The position numbers and the translations under genes are program-made. From the IMG/VR virus record IMGVR_UViG_3300005537_000001, positions 1 to 64,000 of that record: a stretch of DNA of 64,000 bases; one strand, given 5' to 3'. Below are positions 46,201-54,719 of the stretch, piece after piece. The notes under the pieces were generated by a model, which did no database searches, was not told the origin of the DNA, and worked only from the letters and a program-made list of their open reading frames with translations. Numbering within the stretch: the stretch's first letter is position 1; every line of letters begins with the position of its first letter.

Positions 46201-48368
46201 CATCATTTGGTACAAGTGGACAGGTGCTAACGTCAAATGGTAGCGGTGCGGCACCATCATGGACAACGGCGGCCTCAACCTCCGTAACGGCAACTCAAAT
46301 CGCGTATGGCAGCGGTTCAAACACAATTACAAGCACTCCAGATTTCACGTGGACTGAAAGCACCACCGTTCCAGTTTTAACGCTTGGAACAAATTCTGCA
46401 GCTACAAATGCAACTATAACCGCTGGCCTTAACACAAGTACTTCAGTCGGCACAAATCTAACCATATCATCTGCAGCTGGTAACAGCGGCGCAACATCAA
46501 ACGCGGCTGGTGGAACGCTAACCCTATCGTCAGGTGCCGGTCAAGGTAGCATCGCGGCGGTTGCTGGAAATGGCGGCGTGGTAAATCTTTCAACAGGAGC
46601 TGGTGCAGCTGGTCTAGCGCAGGCAGCATCTCCATTCGGTGGTGGTGTTGGCGGCACGCTAACTATAGCTGGTGGTACCGGTGGTTTGGGCGGTCAGGCT
46701 CTAAACGCATCTGTCAACAGCGCAAACGGTGGCAGCGGAGCTGGAATAACAATTCAACCAGGTACCGGTGGTCAGGGTGGTGTAAAAACAAATGCTGGTA
46801 CATCCGGTAACGGTGGAACTGGTGGAACGCTAACCATCGCAGCGGGTATTGGTGGCGCTGCAGGAACCGCGTCTGGTGGTGGATCAGTTGGATCAGTTGG
46901 AGTCGGTGGAAATATCGTATTTCAAGTTGCAGCTACAACCTCACTCGCGAACGTATTAACGATTACAAACTCTGGTGGATTTTCATACGGCACGACCGCC
47001 ACCAACTTTGGAACATCTGGTCAAGTTCTCATTTCACAGGGTAACGCTTCTCCAACGTGGAGCAGCTCACCAACAATTTCCGGTGCAAACATAACCGCTG
47101 GAACGATCGCGAACGCTTCCCTAGCTAACAGCAGCGTAACTATTGGTTCTACATCAGTTTCACTTGGTGGCACGGTAACAACGCTAGCTGGACTTTCATC
47201 TGTTACATCTACCACGTTCGTCGGCGCCCTAACTGGTAATGCAACAACGGCAACTTCTGCCGGCAGCGCCACAACGGCAACCACCGCGACCAATCTGTCG
47301 GGTACAACCGTTGGTTCACTACCGGTTCAAACCGCTTCAGCTACTACCGGATATATCGCGGACGTCGCTGTTGGCAGCGTGCTTGTTTCTGGCGGTATTA
47401 ACACGATTCCAGCCTGGTCAACTACGCCAACCTTCATTGGTACCAACATAAGCGGCACCGCCGCTTCCCTAACCGCCGGTGCCGTATCAACAGCTTCAAG
47501 CTCTACCAACACAACATTCGATGTTGCGTTCTTGAATGGCAACAGCGTTCTTTTCAACAGCCAAGTTACAATCAATCCTTCAAGCGGATCATTGACCGCA
47601 AATGGCACTATCACCGGTAGCACGTTTAGTGGATCCGGTGCCTCGCTAACCAACATACCAAACGGCGCGCTGACAAACAGTTCGCTAACTGTTAACGGTG
47701 TATCCATCGCTCTTGGTTCTTCCGGAACGGTAACTGCCGCAGCTGGAACCTTAACTGGTGCAACTCTAAACTCAACCGTTGTTAACTCATCTCTAACGTC
47801 GGTAGGTACGCTTGGTGCCCTAACTGTATCTGGTACGGTAACCGGCGGAACATTCAGCGGCGCTGGTACTTCTCTAACTGGTACAGCTTCATCGTTGACG
47901 GCTGGCGCTGCTGCTACCGCCACCATCGTGAACAACGCCGGCGCATCTTCAGCAACATGGTTTCCAACCTTTGTAAGCGCTAGCTCTGGAAACCTACCGC
48001 TGACAATCGACAGCAGCGGTAACGTGCTATCGTACGTACCAAGCACCGGTACGTTGAACTCAGTTATTCTCAATTCTACATCTGATATCAACGTTAAAAC
48101 AAACATCACACCAATAGGCGGAGCTCTCAGCATAATTGAAAGCTTGAATGGTGTTCGTTTTAACTGGAAAAATAATGGTCTGCCTTGTGCCGGTCTTATC
48201 GCTCAAGATGTTGAAAAGGTTCTACCAGAGCTTGTCGCGACAAGCGAATCCGGAATCAAGAGCCTTAACTACAGCGGTGTAGTTGGTGCCCTTGTAGAGG
48301 CCGTAAAGGAAATGAGCGCGATGATTAGCTCCCTCAAAGCGGAGATTGAAGCGCTAAAGGCTAAGTAA
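43260..48368 (+). CDS. Long tail fibre with a C-terminal intramolecular chaperone (peptidase S74)
   Basis: DAATKAYVD; repeated NSSVTIG...LTGNA modules; C-terminal SDINVKTNI...GLIAQDVE..PELV plus coiled coil. Confidence 0.88.
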   Translation: MTKTVSNSRSPDSITSNLVNGTAGALIYATGDGTTSTALTIGSNSQFLTVASSLPAWTSVLPSAQLDHNSIQIGSTIVALGGTTTTITGLSTPTNPTDAATKAYVDAHASGLTVESPAAEATSGSDLSALGPFTYNNGASGVGATITDTSAGTVFVVDGMAVGLNARVLIKDQTNKTQNGIYVLTTVGVAGTTPYQLTRATDFNSSSNITAGDFIFVTSGNTNAATSWVQTTTGTITVGTSNIVFTQFSSAAAYVGGTGINISGLTISNTGVTSLVAGSNISISSSTGAVTVNVVGSPAISGTNITNIPNGALVNSSVTIGSTPVALGGTATTIAGLSSVTSTSFVGALTGNASSASSATNIASGVAGNVPFQSAAGTTSFVTNAAGVLQALTSGATPAWTTSPTISGANFAATSIPNSALVNSSVTVNGTSIALGASGTVAAAAGTLTGTTLAANIVNSSLTSVGTLGTLTISGLTSNSFLFSGSGGHLTTTTAPTNGQLLIGSTGAAPVAGTLTAGTAISVVNGGGSITINNTGVTSIVAGTGISINSSTGAVTVTATGSVTNLAGGAANEIPYQSAPSTTAFVSPGTSGQVLVGTTGNPPSWSSTISGLTSISATTFNGTLSGNASSATIATAATNIAGGTAGNVAYQTAASTTAFVTNAVGVLCAATAGATPAWLTAPALTGTNFNGIPNSALSNSSVTIGSTAVSLGGTSTTIAGLTSVTSTSFVGALTGNASTSTSATNIAGGAAGSLPYQTGAGATTFLAVGSAGQVLTLSGGVPTWATPASSGLTATFIGYGSGSNSLTGTSDFTWTDSAQTLTMGTATTGASIVATAGSGVGPQFSITGSAGAAASGGGAVVITGGAGGASGAIGGLVTIMGGASSTNFNGGQVSLVGGTASAGLGGLAIVQGGNATASGALGGNVLITGGNATVGVGTAGSVTISTGNAALGGSIVFKVGTPPATAYTINTNAALGIGSTPSFGTSGQVLTSNGSGAAPSWTTAASTSVTATQIAYGSGSNTITSTPDFTWTESTTVPVLTLGTNSAATNATITAGLNTSTSVGTNLTISSAAGNSGATSNAAGGTLTLSSGAGQGSIAAVAGNGGVVNLSTGAGAAGLAQAASPFGGGVGGTLTIAGGTGGLGGQALNASVNSANGGSGAGITIQPGTGGQGGVKTNAGTSGNGGTGGTLTIAAGIGGAAGTASGGGSVGSVGVGGNIVFQVAATTSLANVLTITNSGGFSYGTTATNFGTSGQVLISQGNASPTWSSSPTISGANITAGTIANASLANSSVTIGSTSVSLGGTVTTLAGLSSVTSTTFVGALTGNATTATSAGSATTATTATNLSGTTVGSLPVQTASATTGYIADVAVGSVLVSGGINTIPAWSTTPTFIGTNISGTAASLTAGAVSTASSSTNTTFDVAFLNGNSVLFNSQVTINPSSGSLTANGTITGSTFSGSGASLTNIPNGALTNSSLTVNGVSIALGSSGTVTAAAGTLTGATLNSTVVNSSLTSVGTLGALTVSGTVTGGTFSGAGTSLTGTASSLTAGAAATATIVNNAGASSATWFPTFVSASSGNLPLTIDSSGNVLSYVPSTGTLNSVILNSTSDINVKTNITPIGGALSIIESLNGVRFNWKNNGLPCAGLIAQDVEKVLPELVATSESGIKSLNYSGVVGALVEAVKEMSAMISSLKAEIEALKAK

Positions 48369-49495
48369 TGACCGTAAACGTTGAGTCTGGCGGAACTGAT
48401 CTAGCAAGTACGTTGGCCCCATATGTTTCTGGCTGGCCACAAGCTGCAGCAACCGGCATTACCAACAATGGTTCAGATTTAAACACGCTGTTTGCGCCGG
48501 CAGGGTCTGGCACCGCCGCGTCCACGCTTCACCTGCAGCGCGGTACAGTTGATGTTGGTTCATCTTTCGCAACGCTAGGGTCAACCAACGTGGCGGTCAC
48601 CGCAATTTCGGCAGTTTCCGGATCTGCCGCAGCCGGTGCCCCGAGTGGAACCGTAACCTCAAGCGCTGCATCTACTACAGCTTCCAAGGGTAAGCAGTCG
48701 GGATACACGTACACTTGGACGATTGCAAGCGGTAGCGGCATTACATTCAATGGTCAAGGAACACCGTCAACAACCATATCGGCGACCGTTGCTGACAACA
48801 ATGGAACGAACACCGGCACGTTTTTCTGCGCCGTATCGGATGGACACTCAACCACAAATACAAACACGGTCGGGTGGAGCTTAACCAACACTACCGTTCC
48901 ATTTACTCCAGTTACCCACACGTTCGCTGGCCCAACATCAGGAACAGAAACTGTACCAGCTGGTGCAACTAACTGCGTTATAACTATTCTTGGAGGTGGA
49001 GGTGGAGGTGCGGTTGGTCAAAACTCATCTGGCCCATCCGTTGGTGGAGGTGGTGGAGCCGGTGAATCATCGCGTTCAATCGCTGTCGTTGGTGGAAATA
49101 CATTTACCTATGTCGCCGGTGGAGGTGGTAATGGCCCACCATCCGGCACACCACAAGCTGGAGGTGGTGGAGCAAATTCAACGGTAACTGGCACGGTAGC
49201 TGGTGGTTCTGTCAACATGGTTGGAGGTGGAGGTGGAGGTGGACCACTGGGTGGCAGCGTTGGTGGAGCAGCTGGAACAGCTAGTGGTGGAACAACAAAT
49301 ACTTCCGGTAGCGCTGGTCAATTTAGTTCGGCTCCACAGGGTGGAGCCAGCCCGGCACCTCTCGGTGGTTCACCAGATGCATTCAACAGTGGAAACATAT
49401 TCCCAACAAATAAAGGTGCAGGTGGATATGGTAAAGTTGGTGCATCAGCAGCGCAAAACGGTGCTTCCGGTGTCGTTCAATTCGCATATACTTAA
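48368..49495 (+). CDS. Glycine-rich fibre-tip adhesin candidate (gp38-like role)
   Basis: Multiple GGGGG runs; translationally coupled to the S74-bearing fibre gene. Confidence 0.55.
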   Translation: MTVNVESGGTDLASTLAPYVSGWPQAAATGITNNGSDLNTLFAPAGSGTAASTLHLQRGTVDVGSSFATLGSTNVAVTAISAVSGSAAAGAPSGTVTSSAASTTASKGKQSGYTYTWTIASGSGITFNGQGTPSTTISATVADNNGTNTGTFFCAVSDGHSTTNTNTVGWSLTNTTVPFTPVTHTFAGPTSGTETVPAGATNCVITILGGGGGGAVGQNSSGPSVGGGGGAGESSRSIAVVGGNTFTYVAGGGGNGPPSGTPQAGGGGANSTVTGTVAGGSVNMVGGGGGGGPLGGSVGGAAGTASGGTTNTSGSAGQFSSAPQGGASPAPLGGSPDAFNSGNIFPTNKGAGGYGKVGASAAQNGASGVVQFAYT

Positions 49496-49506
49496 TAGGA
49501 AATAAA

Positions 49507-49914
49507 ATGTCACAACCAGACGCAGCTAAGCAGATAATTCAAGAAGCATCGTACGTAACTATATTCGGGCACACTGTAAATGTGTTCGCATCGATGCTGA
49601 TAATCATGTTCATCGCGCTCATGTACGGCCTGTACAAGGCTCAACGCGACAAGGACAACCCGTTCGATTGGATCGATATGTTTACCGGCATCAACCAATC
49701 TACCGGTAAGCGTGAAGCTTCTTCTACCAAGATAATGCAGCTGGTTGGTGGTGTTACAGGTACATTTGTCGTTATCAAGCAAGCTTTAGTCGGCACGCTC
49801 AACTGGGACGTGTTCGCAATCTACCTGTCATACGTTGCTTCCGTCGACGGATTTACCAGATTCATGCTGGCTAAATACGGCGTAAGATCTGATTCAGCTG
49901 ATAAGCCAAGCTGA
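49507..49914 (+). CDS. Membrane protein; holin candidate
   Basis: Two to three TM segments; late position after the fibre genes. Confidence 0.4.
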   Translation: MSQPDAAKQIIQEASYVTIFGHTVNVFASMLIIMFIALMYGLYKAQRDKDNPFDWIDMFTGINQSTGKREASSTKIMQLVGGVTGTFVVIKQALVGTLNWDVFAIYLSYVASVDGFTRFMLAKYGVRSDSADKPS

Positions 49915-49918
49915 CAGG

Positions 49919-49947
49919 TGTACATTCATTCCTAAATAAACTATAAT
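49919..49947 (+). promoter_or_regulatory. Early promoter TGTACA-N17-TATAAT with a late TAAATA (49933-49938) inside its spacer
   Basis: Both motifs seen directly. Confidence 0.6.
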
Positions 49948-49966
49948 TTGTTTTTAGGAAAATGGA

Positions 49967-50440
49967 ATGAAGCTGAAAGAGCTGGTATCGAATAAGAAGA
50001 AAGGTCTTTACGTTGGGATGAGGGTTCTGGAACCATCCTGTTCTCAAATAAAGGAACACTGTCGCAGCGCCGGCATTCCAATTGCCGAATCGGCCGGTGA
50101 ACGACGCCTGCATACAACCGTTCTCTACAGCCGAAAACCATGCCCAAATTTCGTAGCTGAACAAGCTATAGTTCACGGTGCTGAATTTATCTGCTATGAG
50201 CTCTTCAACAAGAGGCATGATTCAAACCAAAAAGTTTTGGTCATCAAGCTTAACGCACCGACGATAGTTGCCCGCCATCTCACGTTGATGGCCGAACATA
50301 ACGCTACGTTCGATTTTCCGGTATTCACACCCCACATAACCATCGCGGATGGTTATAGCGGTGACATCAACTCACTTCCTACGATAAATTTTCCCATAAC
50401 TCTCGGCTTGGAATATTCAGAAGAATTGGATGACAAATGA
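49967..50440 (+). CDS. acb1: Anti-CBASS nuclease Acb1 / T4 gp57B-like 2H phosphodiesterase
   Basis: GLYV, HTTVLYSR, LV..L.....RH, ATFDF..FTPHIT and EY.E.L align motif by motif with T4 57B. Confidence 0.85.
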   Translation: MKLKELVSNKKKGLYVGMRVLEPSCSQIKEHCRSAGIPIAESAGERRLHTTVLYSRKPCPNFVAEQAIVHGAEFICYELFNKRHDSNQKVLVIKLNAPTIVARHLTLMAEHNATFDFPVFTPHITIADGYSGDINSLPTINFPITLGLEYSEELDDK

Positions 50441-51246
50441 CAGAACAAAATGAACGCGCTCGCGCATCAGAAGATACCCTCGGCGATCGGCTAAAAGCTG
50501 AAGAGCAAAAAGAAGCTGGGCGCCGCCTTAGACACGATCTACCCATCATCGCTCGCTTAGACGGTAAAGCCTTCCACACGTTTACGCGCGGCTTAGAACG
50601 TCCATACGACACCCGCTTGAGCCAGCTCATGGAAGATACCACAAAGTATCTCGTAGAAAAAACTCATGCCAAGATTGGGTACACGCAGTCCGATGAAATA
50701 AGCTTGAGCTGGTGGCAGGGCGACCTTAGCGATGGTAGTGAATCAAGCTATGCGTTTGACGCCAAAATCCAGAAGCTATGTTCAGTTTACGCGGGAATGG
50801 CATCAGGATTTTTCAATCGGCATCTCCCAGCCCGCATCCCAGAAAAGTCGGATTCAATTATCGCGTTTGATTGTCGAGTGTGGAACGTCGCCGACGTGCA
50901 TGAAGTTTTTCTAAACTATCTGTGGCGTCAAGATGATGCAATCAAAAATTCAATCTCGATGGCCGCGCAGGCGCGCTTTAGCCATAAGCAGCTTCACGGT
51001 GTCGACAGTGAGGGTAAGAAGCAGCTGCTGCGCTCGATAGGTAAACCATGGGAAGATGAGCCGCTGTTTTTCCGGATGGGAACATTTGTTCAACGCATCA
51101 CAAAGAATATTGAGTTGACTAAAGATCAGCTGGATAAGATTCCCGAAAATTATCGCCCTATCGGTACGGTCGTTAGATCTGTAGTAGAAAATATCAGATT
51201 GGGATACATCAAAGATGATCTTGCCGCGAGAAAGATCTTTGCGTAA
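50437..51246 (+). CDS. thg1: tRNA(His) guanylyltransferase Thg1-like 3'-5' polymerase
   Basis: IARLDGKAFHTFT, YTQSDEISL, FDCR, WRQDDAIKNSISM. Confidence 0.92.
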   Translation: MTEQNERARASEDTLGDRLKAEEQKEAGRRLRHDLPIIARLDGKAFHTFTRGLERPYDTRLSQLMEDTTKYLVEKTHAKIGYTQSDEISLSWWQGDLSDGSESSYAFDAKIQKLCSVYAGMASGFFNRHLPARIPEKSDSIIAFDCRVWNVADVHEVFLNYLWRQDDAIKNSISMAAQARFSHKQLHGVDSEGKKQLLRSIGKPWEDEPLFFRMGTFVQRITKNIELTKDQLDKIPENYRPIGTVVRSVVENIRLGYIKDDLAARKIFA

Positions 51247-51709
51247 CATAGGCGAAATAGCAATTGTAAGTGCCAAAATACTTACTGATTTTCAAAATGA
51301 TCATTCTGATAAAAACAAAAACAGAATATATGGATTTGCTTTTGATCATGCTGAGAAAATATATTTAGGAACGCAAGGTTGGAATGCAACTGATGGTCCT
51401 GTACCGTATGACGTATATAAAGGCAAATTTATTTACCGGACGTCAAAAATAGATTTCAGCAATATTTGTGCTGATATCAAATTGTCAATGGGTAATTCTG
51501 TATCGATTAGTTCAGATGAGTATGATTTTGGAAATTTAGGGCATAATTACAATTTTTTGGTGTACAAATATGTTGCTGATATTAATGGCGGATTCTCAGC
51601 ATTATATTCTGGCAAAATCTCTTTTCAAGATATATCCAAATATTTAATACCATCAAAAAATGCCGGCTGGTTTGCCAATTATGAGCAAATCAAATATTTG
51701 CTTTCATAA
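51215..51709 (+). CDS. AT-rich hypothetical protein; probably recently acquired
   Basis: 164-aa open frame in a conspicuously AT-rich tract; start uncertain. Confidence 0.5.
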   Translation: MILPRERSLRNIGEIAIVSAKILTDFQNDHSDKNKNRIYGFAFDHAEKIYLGTQGWNATDGPVPYDVYKGKFIYRTSKIDFSNICADIKLSMGNSVSISSDEYDFGNLGHNYNFLVYKYVADINGGFSALYSGKISFQDISKYLIPSKNAGWFANYEQIKYLLS

Positions 51710-51717
51710 ATAGACCT

Positions 51718-51909
51718 ATGCAAGAAACACTTCGCGACAAAAATGGTAAGGTGCTTGGATCCATCCGTGAGAGCGGCGGTATCATGAAGCTGTACAACGT
51801 TGGTGGTCGATTTCTCGGATCATTCGATAAAAGTTCCAACATCACGAAAGATGCTGGTGGCACGATCGTTGCTACGGCTGGAAATCTACTGGTGAGCTTG
51901 CTAAAGTGA
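51718..51909 (+). CDS. Small beta-hairpin repeat protein under a late promoter (ATAAATA 51706-51712)
   Basis: D..G..LG-type repeats. Confidence 0.55.
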   Translation: MQETLRDKNGKVLGSIRESGGIMKLYNVGGRFLGSFDKSSNITKDAGGTIVATAGNLLVSLLK

Positions 51910-51912
51910 TCT

Positions 51913-51944
51913 ATTTAACATAATGAATCTCATTTAACATAATG
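51913..51944 (+). repeat. Perfect 13-nt direct repeat ATTTAACATAATG x2
   Basis: Copies at 51913-51925 and 51932-51944. Confidence 0.9.
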
Positions 51945-51951
51945 CACGAAA

Positions 51952-51980
51952 TGTACTTTCGTCAGGTTATAGTATAGAAT
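51952..51980 (+). promoter_or_regulatory. Early promoter TGTACT-N17-TAGAAT
   Basis: Matches the recurrent consensus. Confidence 0.7.
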
Positions 51981-52010
51981 ACACTCTATCAACGGACGGA
52001 AGAGAACACA

Positions 52011-53621
52011 ATGTCAGCGGTACTTAAGCCGAATTCAATCTTGATGGATAAGATGTTGAAGATCTTCAAGAAAGATCAAATCGAGCTCTCTCCTCAGCAG
52101 CTGGCCGTAATCAGATGGGTAATTGAAGGTAAGGGCAGTCTCAAGCTGATAGCCCGCGCCGGATGCGGTAAAACCTTCACCCTCCTCGAAGTGGTCAAAA
52201 CGATCGTAGCTCTCGGCCTTGGTGACGTTGCCTGCATGGCGTACAACAAGAAAATCGCCGATGAGATCAAGTTCAAATTTGAGAAGATTGGGTACGACTG
52301 GAAAGTCGCCCAAGCTGGAACGTGTCATTCCTTCGGATTCGCAGCTTGGAGAAAGGTAGCTCCTCACGTCAAGGTTGTCAAGAGAGGAAACGACAAGCTT
52401 GACGCGATCATCACGCAGTGCGGGTTGGAAAAGGGCGGTGCAATCTACACGCAGAATCACGGCGCCCTAGTCAAGCTTGTGTCGCTTGCGAAGCAGCGCG
52501 CCCTTGGCCACATCGGTGAAATCGAGGACATGTCCCAGTGGTTCGATATTTGGGATCACTTCGGTCTCGACGATGATGTCACCGAGGATGTGATCGCGGA
52601 AGAGCTCATCAAGTGCGCCATCAAGATCTACCGCATCTCGCTCAACCAGTGCCGCGACTACATCGACTTTGACGACATGATCCTCGCGCCTCTCTATTTC
52701 AAGGCGCGCTTCTGGCCTAAAAAGTGGATTCTTTTAGACGAATCACAAGATACCAACCTCGCGCGCCGGGCACTTGCTCTCGCTATGCTGGATCCCAAGT
52801 ATGGTCGGATGCTATTCGTAGGTGACGATTGCCAAGCGATCTACGGGTTCACCGGAGCTGACAGCGACGCGATGGATCTTCTCAAGAAGGCCACCAACGC
52901 GATCACTCTTCCGCTCAACGTAACCCGGCGGTGTCCGAAAAAGGTCGTAGCCTTAGCCAAAACGCTGGTTCCGGATTTCATAGCTCACGAAGATGCCCCT
53001 GAGGGTGTCGTGCGAGCCCTCGCGTATGGACTTCTGGAAGGAGAAAACCTCGGCAGCAGCGATGCCATCCTCTGCCGCAACACGGCCCCTCTTATTACCA
53101 CCGCCTACAAGCTACTATCCAAGGGCATCGGCTGCCGGGTGGAGGGTCGGGAAATCGGTGAAGGGTTGATCAAGCTGGCTCGCCGCTGGAAAGTCAAAAC
53201 GCTTGACAAGCTGCTCAACAAGCTAGAGGACTACGAAGCCCGCCAGACGGCAAACTTCAAGTCGAAAGGCCAGGAACATCGAATTGACGGCCTCATAGAT
53301 CAGGTTTCTTGCCTCCGCGTTATCATCGATCGCTGCTTGTTCCGCAAGCAGAACATGATCGATGATCTTGTCGCTGACATTGATGAGATGTTCGGTGACA
53401 CCGCGGCTGGTGAAAAGCCGGAGGTGCTGACGCTCAGCACGGTTCACAAGAGCAAGGGTCGCGAGTGGAAGAGAGTCTACATTCTCGGTCGTGCCAAGTA
53501 CATGCCGTCACCATATGCCAAGAAAGAATGGCAGCAGATACAGGAAAAGAATCTCGAGTACGTGGCTATTACTCGAGCGCAGTCTGAAATGATCGATCTC
53601 GAAGCCCCAACGCAGGAGTAA
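52011..53621 (+). CDS. SF1 (UvrD/Rep-like) helicase
   Basis: ARAGCGKT, LDESQD, VGDDCQAIYGFTGAD, RCP, STVHKSKGREW, YVAITRA. Confidence 0.92.
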   Translation: MSAVLKPNSILMDKMLKIFKKDQIELSPQQLAVIRWVIEGKGSLKLIARAGCGKTFTLLEVVKTIVALGLGDVACMAYNKKIADEIKFKFEKIGYDWKVAQAGTCHSFGFAAWRKVAPHVKVVKRGNDKLDAIITQCGLEKGGAIYTQNHGALVKLVSLAKQRALGHIGEIEDMSQWFDIWDHFGLDDDVTEDVIAEELIKCAIKIYRISLNQCRDYIDFDDMILAPLYFKARFWPKKWILLDESQDTNLARRALALAMLDPKYGRMLFVGDDCQAIYGFTGADSDAMDLLKKATNAITLPLNVTRRCPKKVVALAKTLVPDFIAHEDAPEGVVRALAYGLLEGENLGSSDAILCRNTAPLITTAYKLLSKGIGCRVEGREIGEGLIKLARRWKVKTLDKLLNKLEDYEARQTANFKSKGQEHRIDGLIDQVSCLRVIIDRCLFRKQNMIDDLVADIDEMFGDTAAGEKPEVLTLSTVHKSKGREWKRVYILGRAKYMPSPYAKKEWQQIQEKNLEYVAITRAQSEMIDLEAPTQE

Positions 53622-53624
53622 ACG

Positions 53625-54056
53625 ATGAATATTGAAGATGTACTCGATGAAGCGAAGGAAATGTTGAACGCTGAATGGGATGATCACATCTCGGCAGAGC
53701 GGGCGGCGCACATGCGCTTGTTCGATCTCCAGGTAGCGAATCGTAAGGAAACTTGGATTCGCAACCGGCTTAGCGCGCTGCTCTCGCGGCCCGCCGAATC
53801 GAAACCAGTGACCGTGCGGCGCGAGGAGTGCCGCAACGTGAGTCCAGTTGGCACCAGCTTGATCTTGAGCCAGCTGAATCCGGGTACGATCCACACGTGG
53901 CCGAACATCGATGACGGTGCCGTGAAGGCAATTCGCTCGACGATTCAATACCTGCAAAAGAAGAAGGGATATTCCTACCAGACAGAATCAACTCGGTCCA
54001 CGCATAATGCCGACACATTCACGTTGGTCGTAATGCGCAACGCAAACCCGGTCTAA
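53625..54056 (+). CDS. Hypothetical protein
   Basis: SD AGGAG. Confidence 0.6.
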   Translation: MNIEDVLDEAKEMLNAEWDDHISAERAAHMRLFDLQVANRKETWIRNRLSALLSRPAESKPVTVRREECRNVSPVGTSLILSQLNPGTIHTWPNIDDGAVKAIRSTIQYLQKKKGYSYQTESTRSTHNADTFTLVVMRNANPV

Positions 54057-54060
54057 AGAA

Positions 54061-54606
54061 ATGACAAATCCTCGAAAAGCAATCGCGGGTGTTACCAAGG
54101 CCGTGGAAATCCGCGGCCAGATCTACTATCTCGGCGGTGGATGGCCTCACCCCAGCTCCAAGGGTCGAATGGAAGCCGCGCTCGACAATGTTGCTGAACT
54201 TTATCGGATTCTCGCCTTCATCGGTAAGGGCGAGCTTGTTGAGAAACATCTCGCAGAACATGGAATTACCATCAAGCTGGACCCGAAGCACCGTCTCGAC
54301 GTCAGGATAGATCGGGGAGATCGTGATCGAGTTCGGGAAATCATCACTTTCGCGGTAGATGCCTGCCTTGAGCTGCAAAAGGAAATTTGCCAGCTGGCCG
54401 ACATCATCAAGGATGATCTTAGACCAATGATCAAGCGCGAGCTGGAAATTAAAGATGAGGAGTATCGTCGCCTTTACGGTCTAGCTCGAGTTATCAAGAA
54501 GCGCACCGACAGGTCTTACAAGCGGTTCGCCGGAAAGAAGGTAAGCATTGAGCAAAGCTTGGAGAACTTCGAGACCGGGTTGGTGGAGTTAAAGCGAGAC
54601 GCGTAG
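54061..54606 (+). CDS. Hypothetical helical protein
   Basis: Fills the operon; 181 aa. Confidence 0.6.
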   Translation: MTNPRKAIAGVTKAVEIRGQIYYLGGGWPHPSSKGRMEAALDNVAELYRILAFIGKGELVEKHLAEHGITIKLDPKHRLDVRIDRGDRDRVREIITFAVDACLELQKEICQLADIIKDDLRPMIKRELEIKDEEYRRLYGLARVIKKRTDRSYKRFAGKKVSIEQSLENFETGLVELKRDA

Positions 54607-54648
54607 CCCGGATTTTCGAACCACCCGATAGTAAATATCTTGTACCTG

Positions 54649-54695
54649 AGTAAATCCTGAATGGGATTTACTTGGGGCGCGTCGCGTGATATTAT
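54649..54695 (+). promoter_or_regulatory. Promoter TTTACT-N17-TATTAT whose -35 lies in an AGTAAATCC/GGATTTACT inverted repeat
   Basis: Arms at 54649-54657 and 54664-54672. Confidence 0.55.
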
Positions 54696-54719
54696 CTCCA
54701 AACAACATTGAAGGGCACC

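Noticed and set aside
43260-49495. Diversity-generating retroelement or invertible fibre cassette
   Set aside because: No reverse transcriptase or invertase, no adenine-specific TR/VR pair, and no inverted recombination sites seen.
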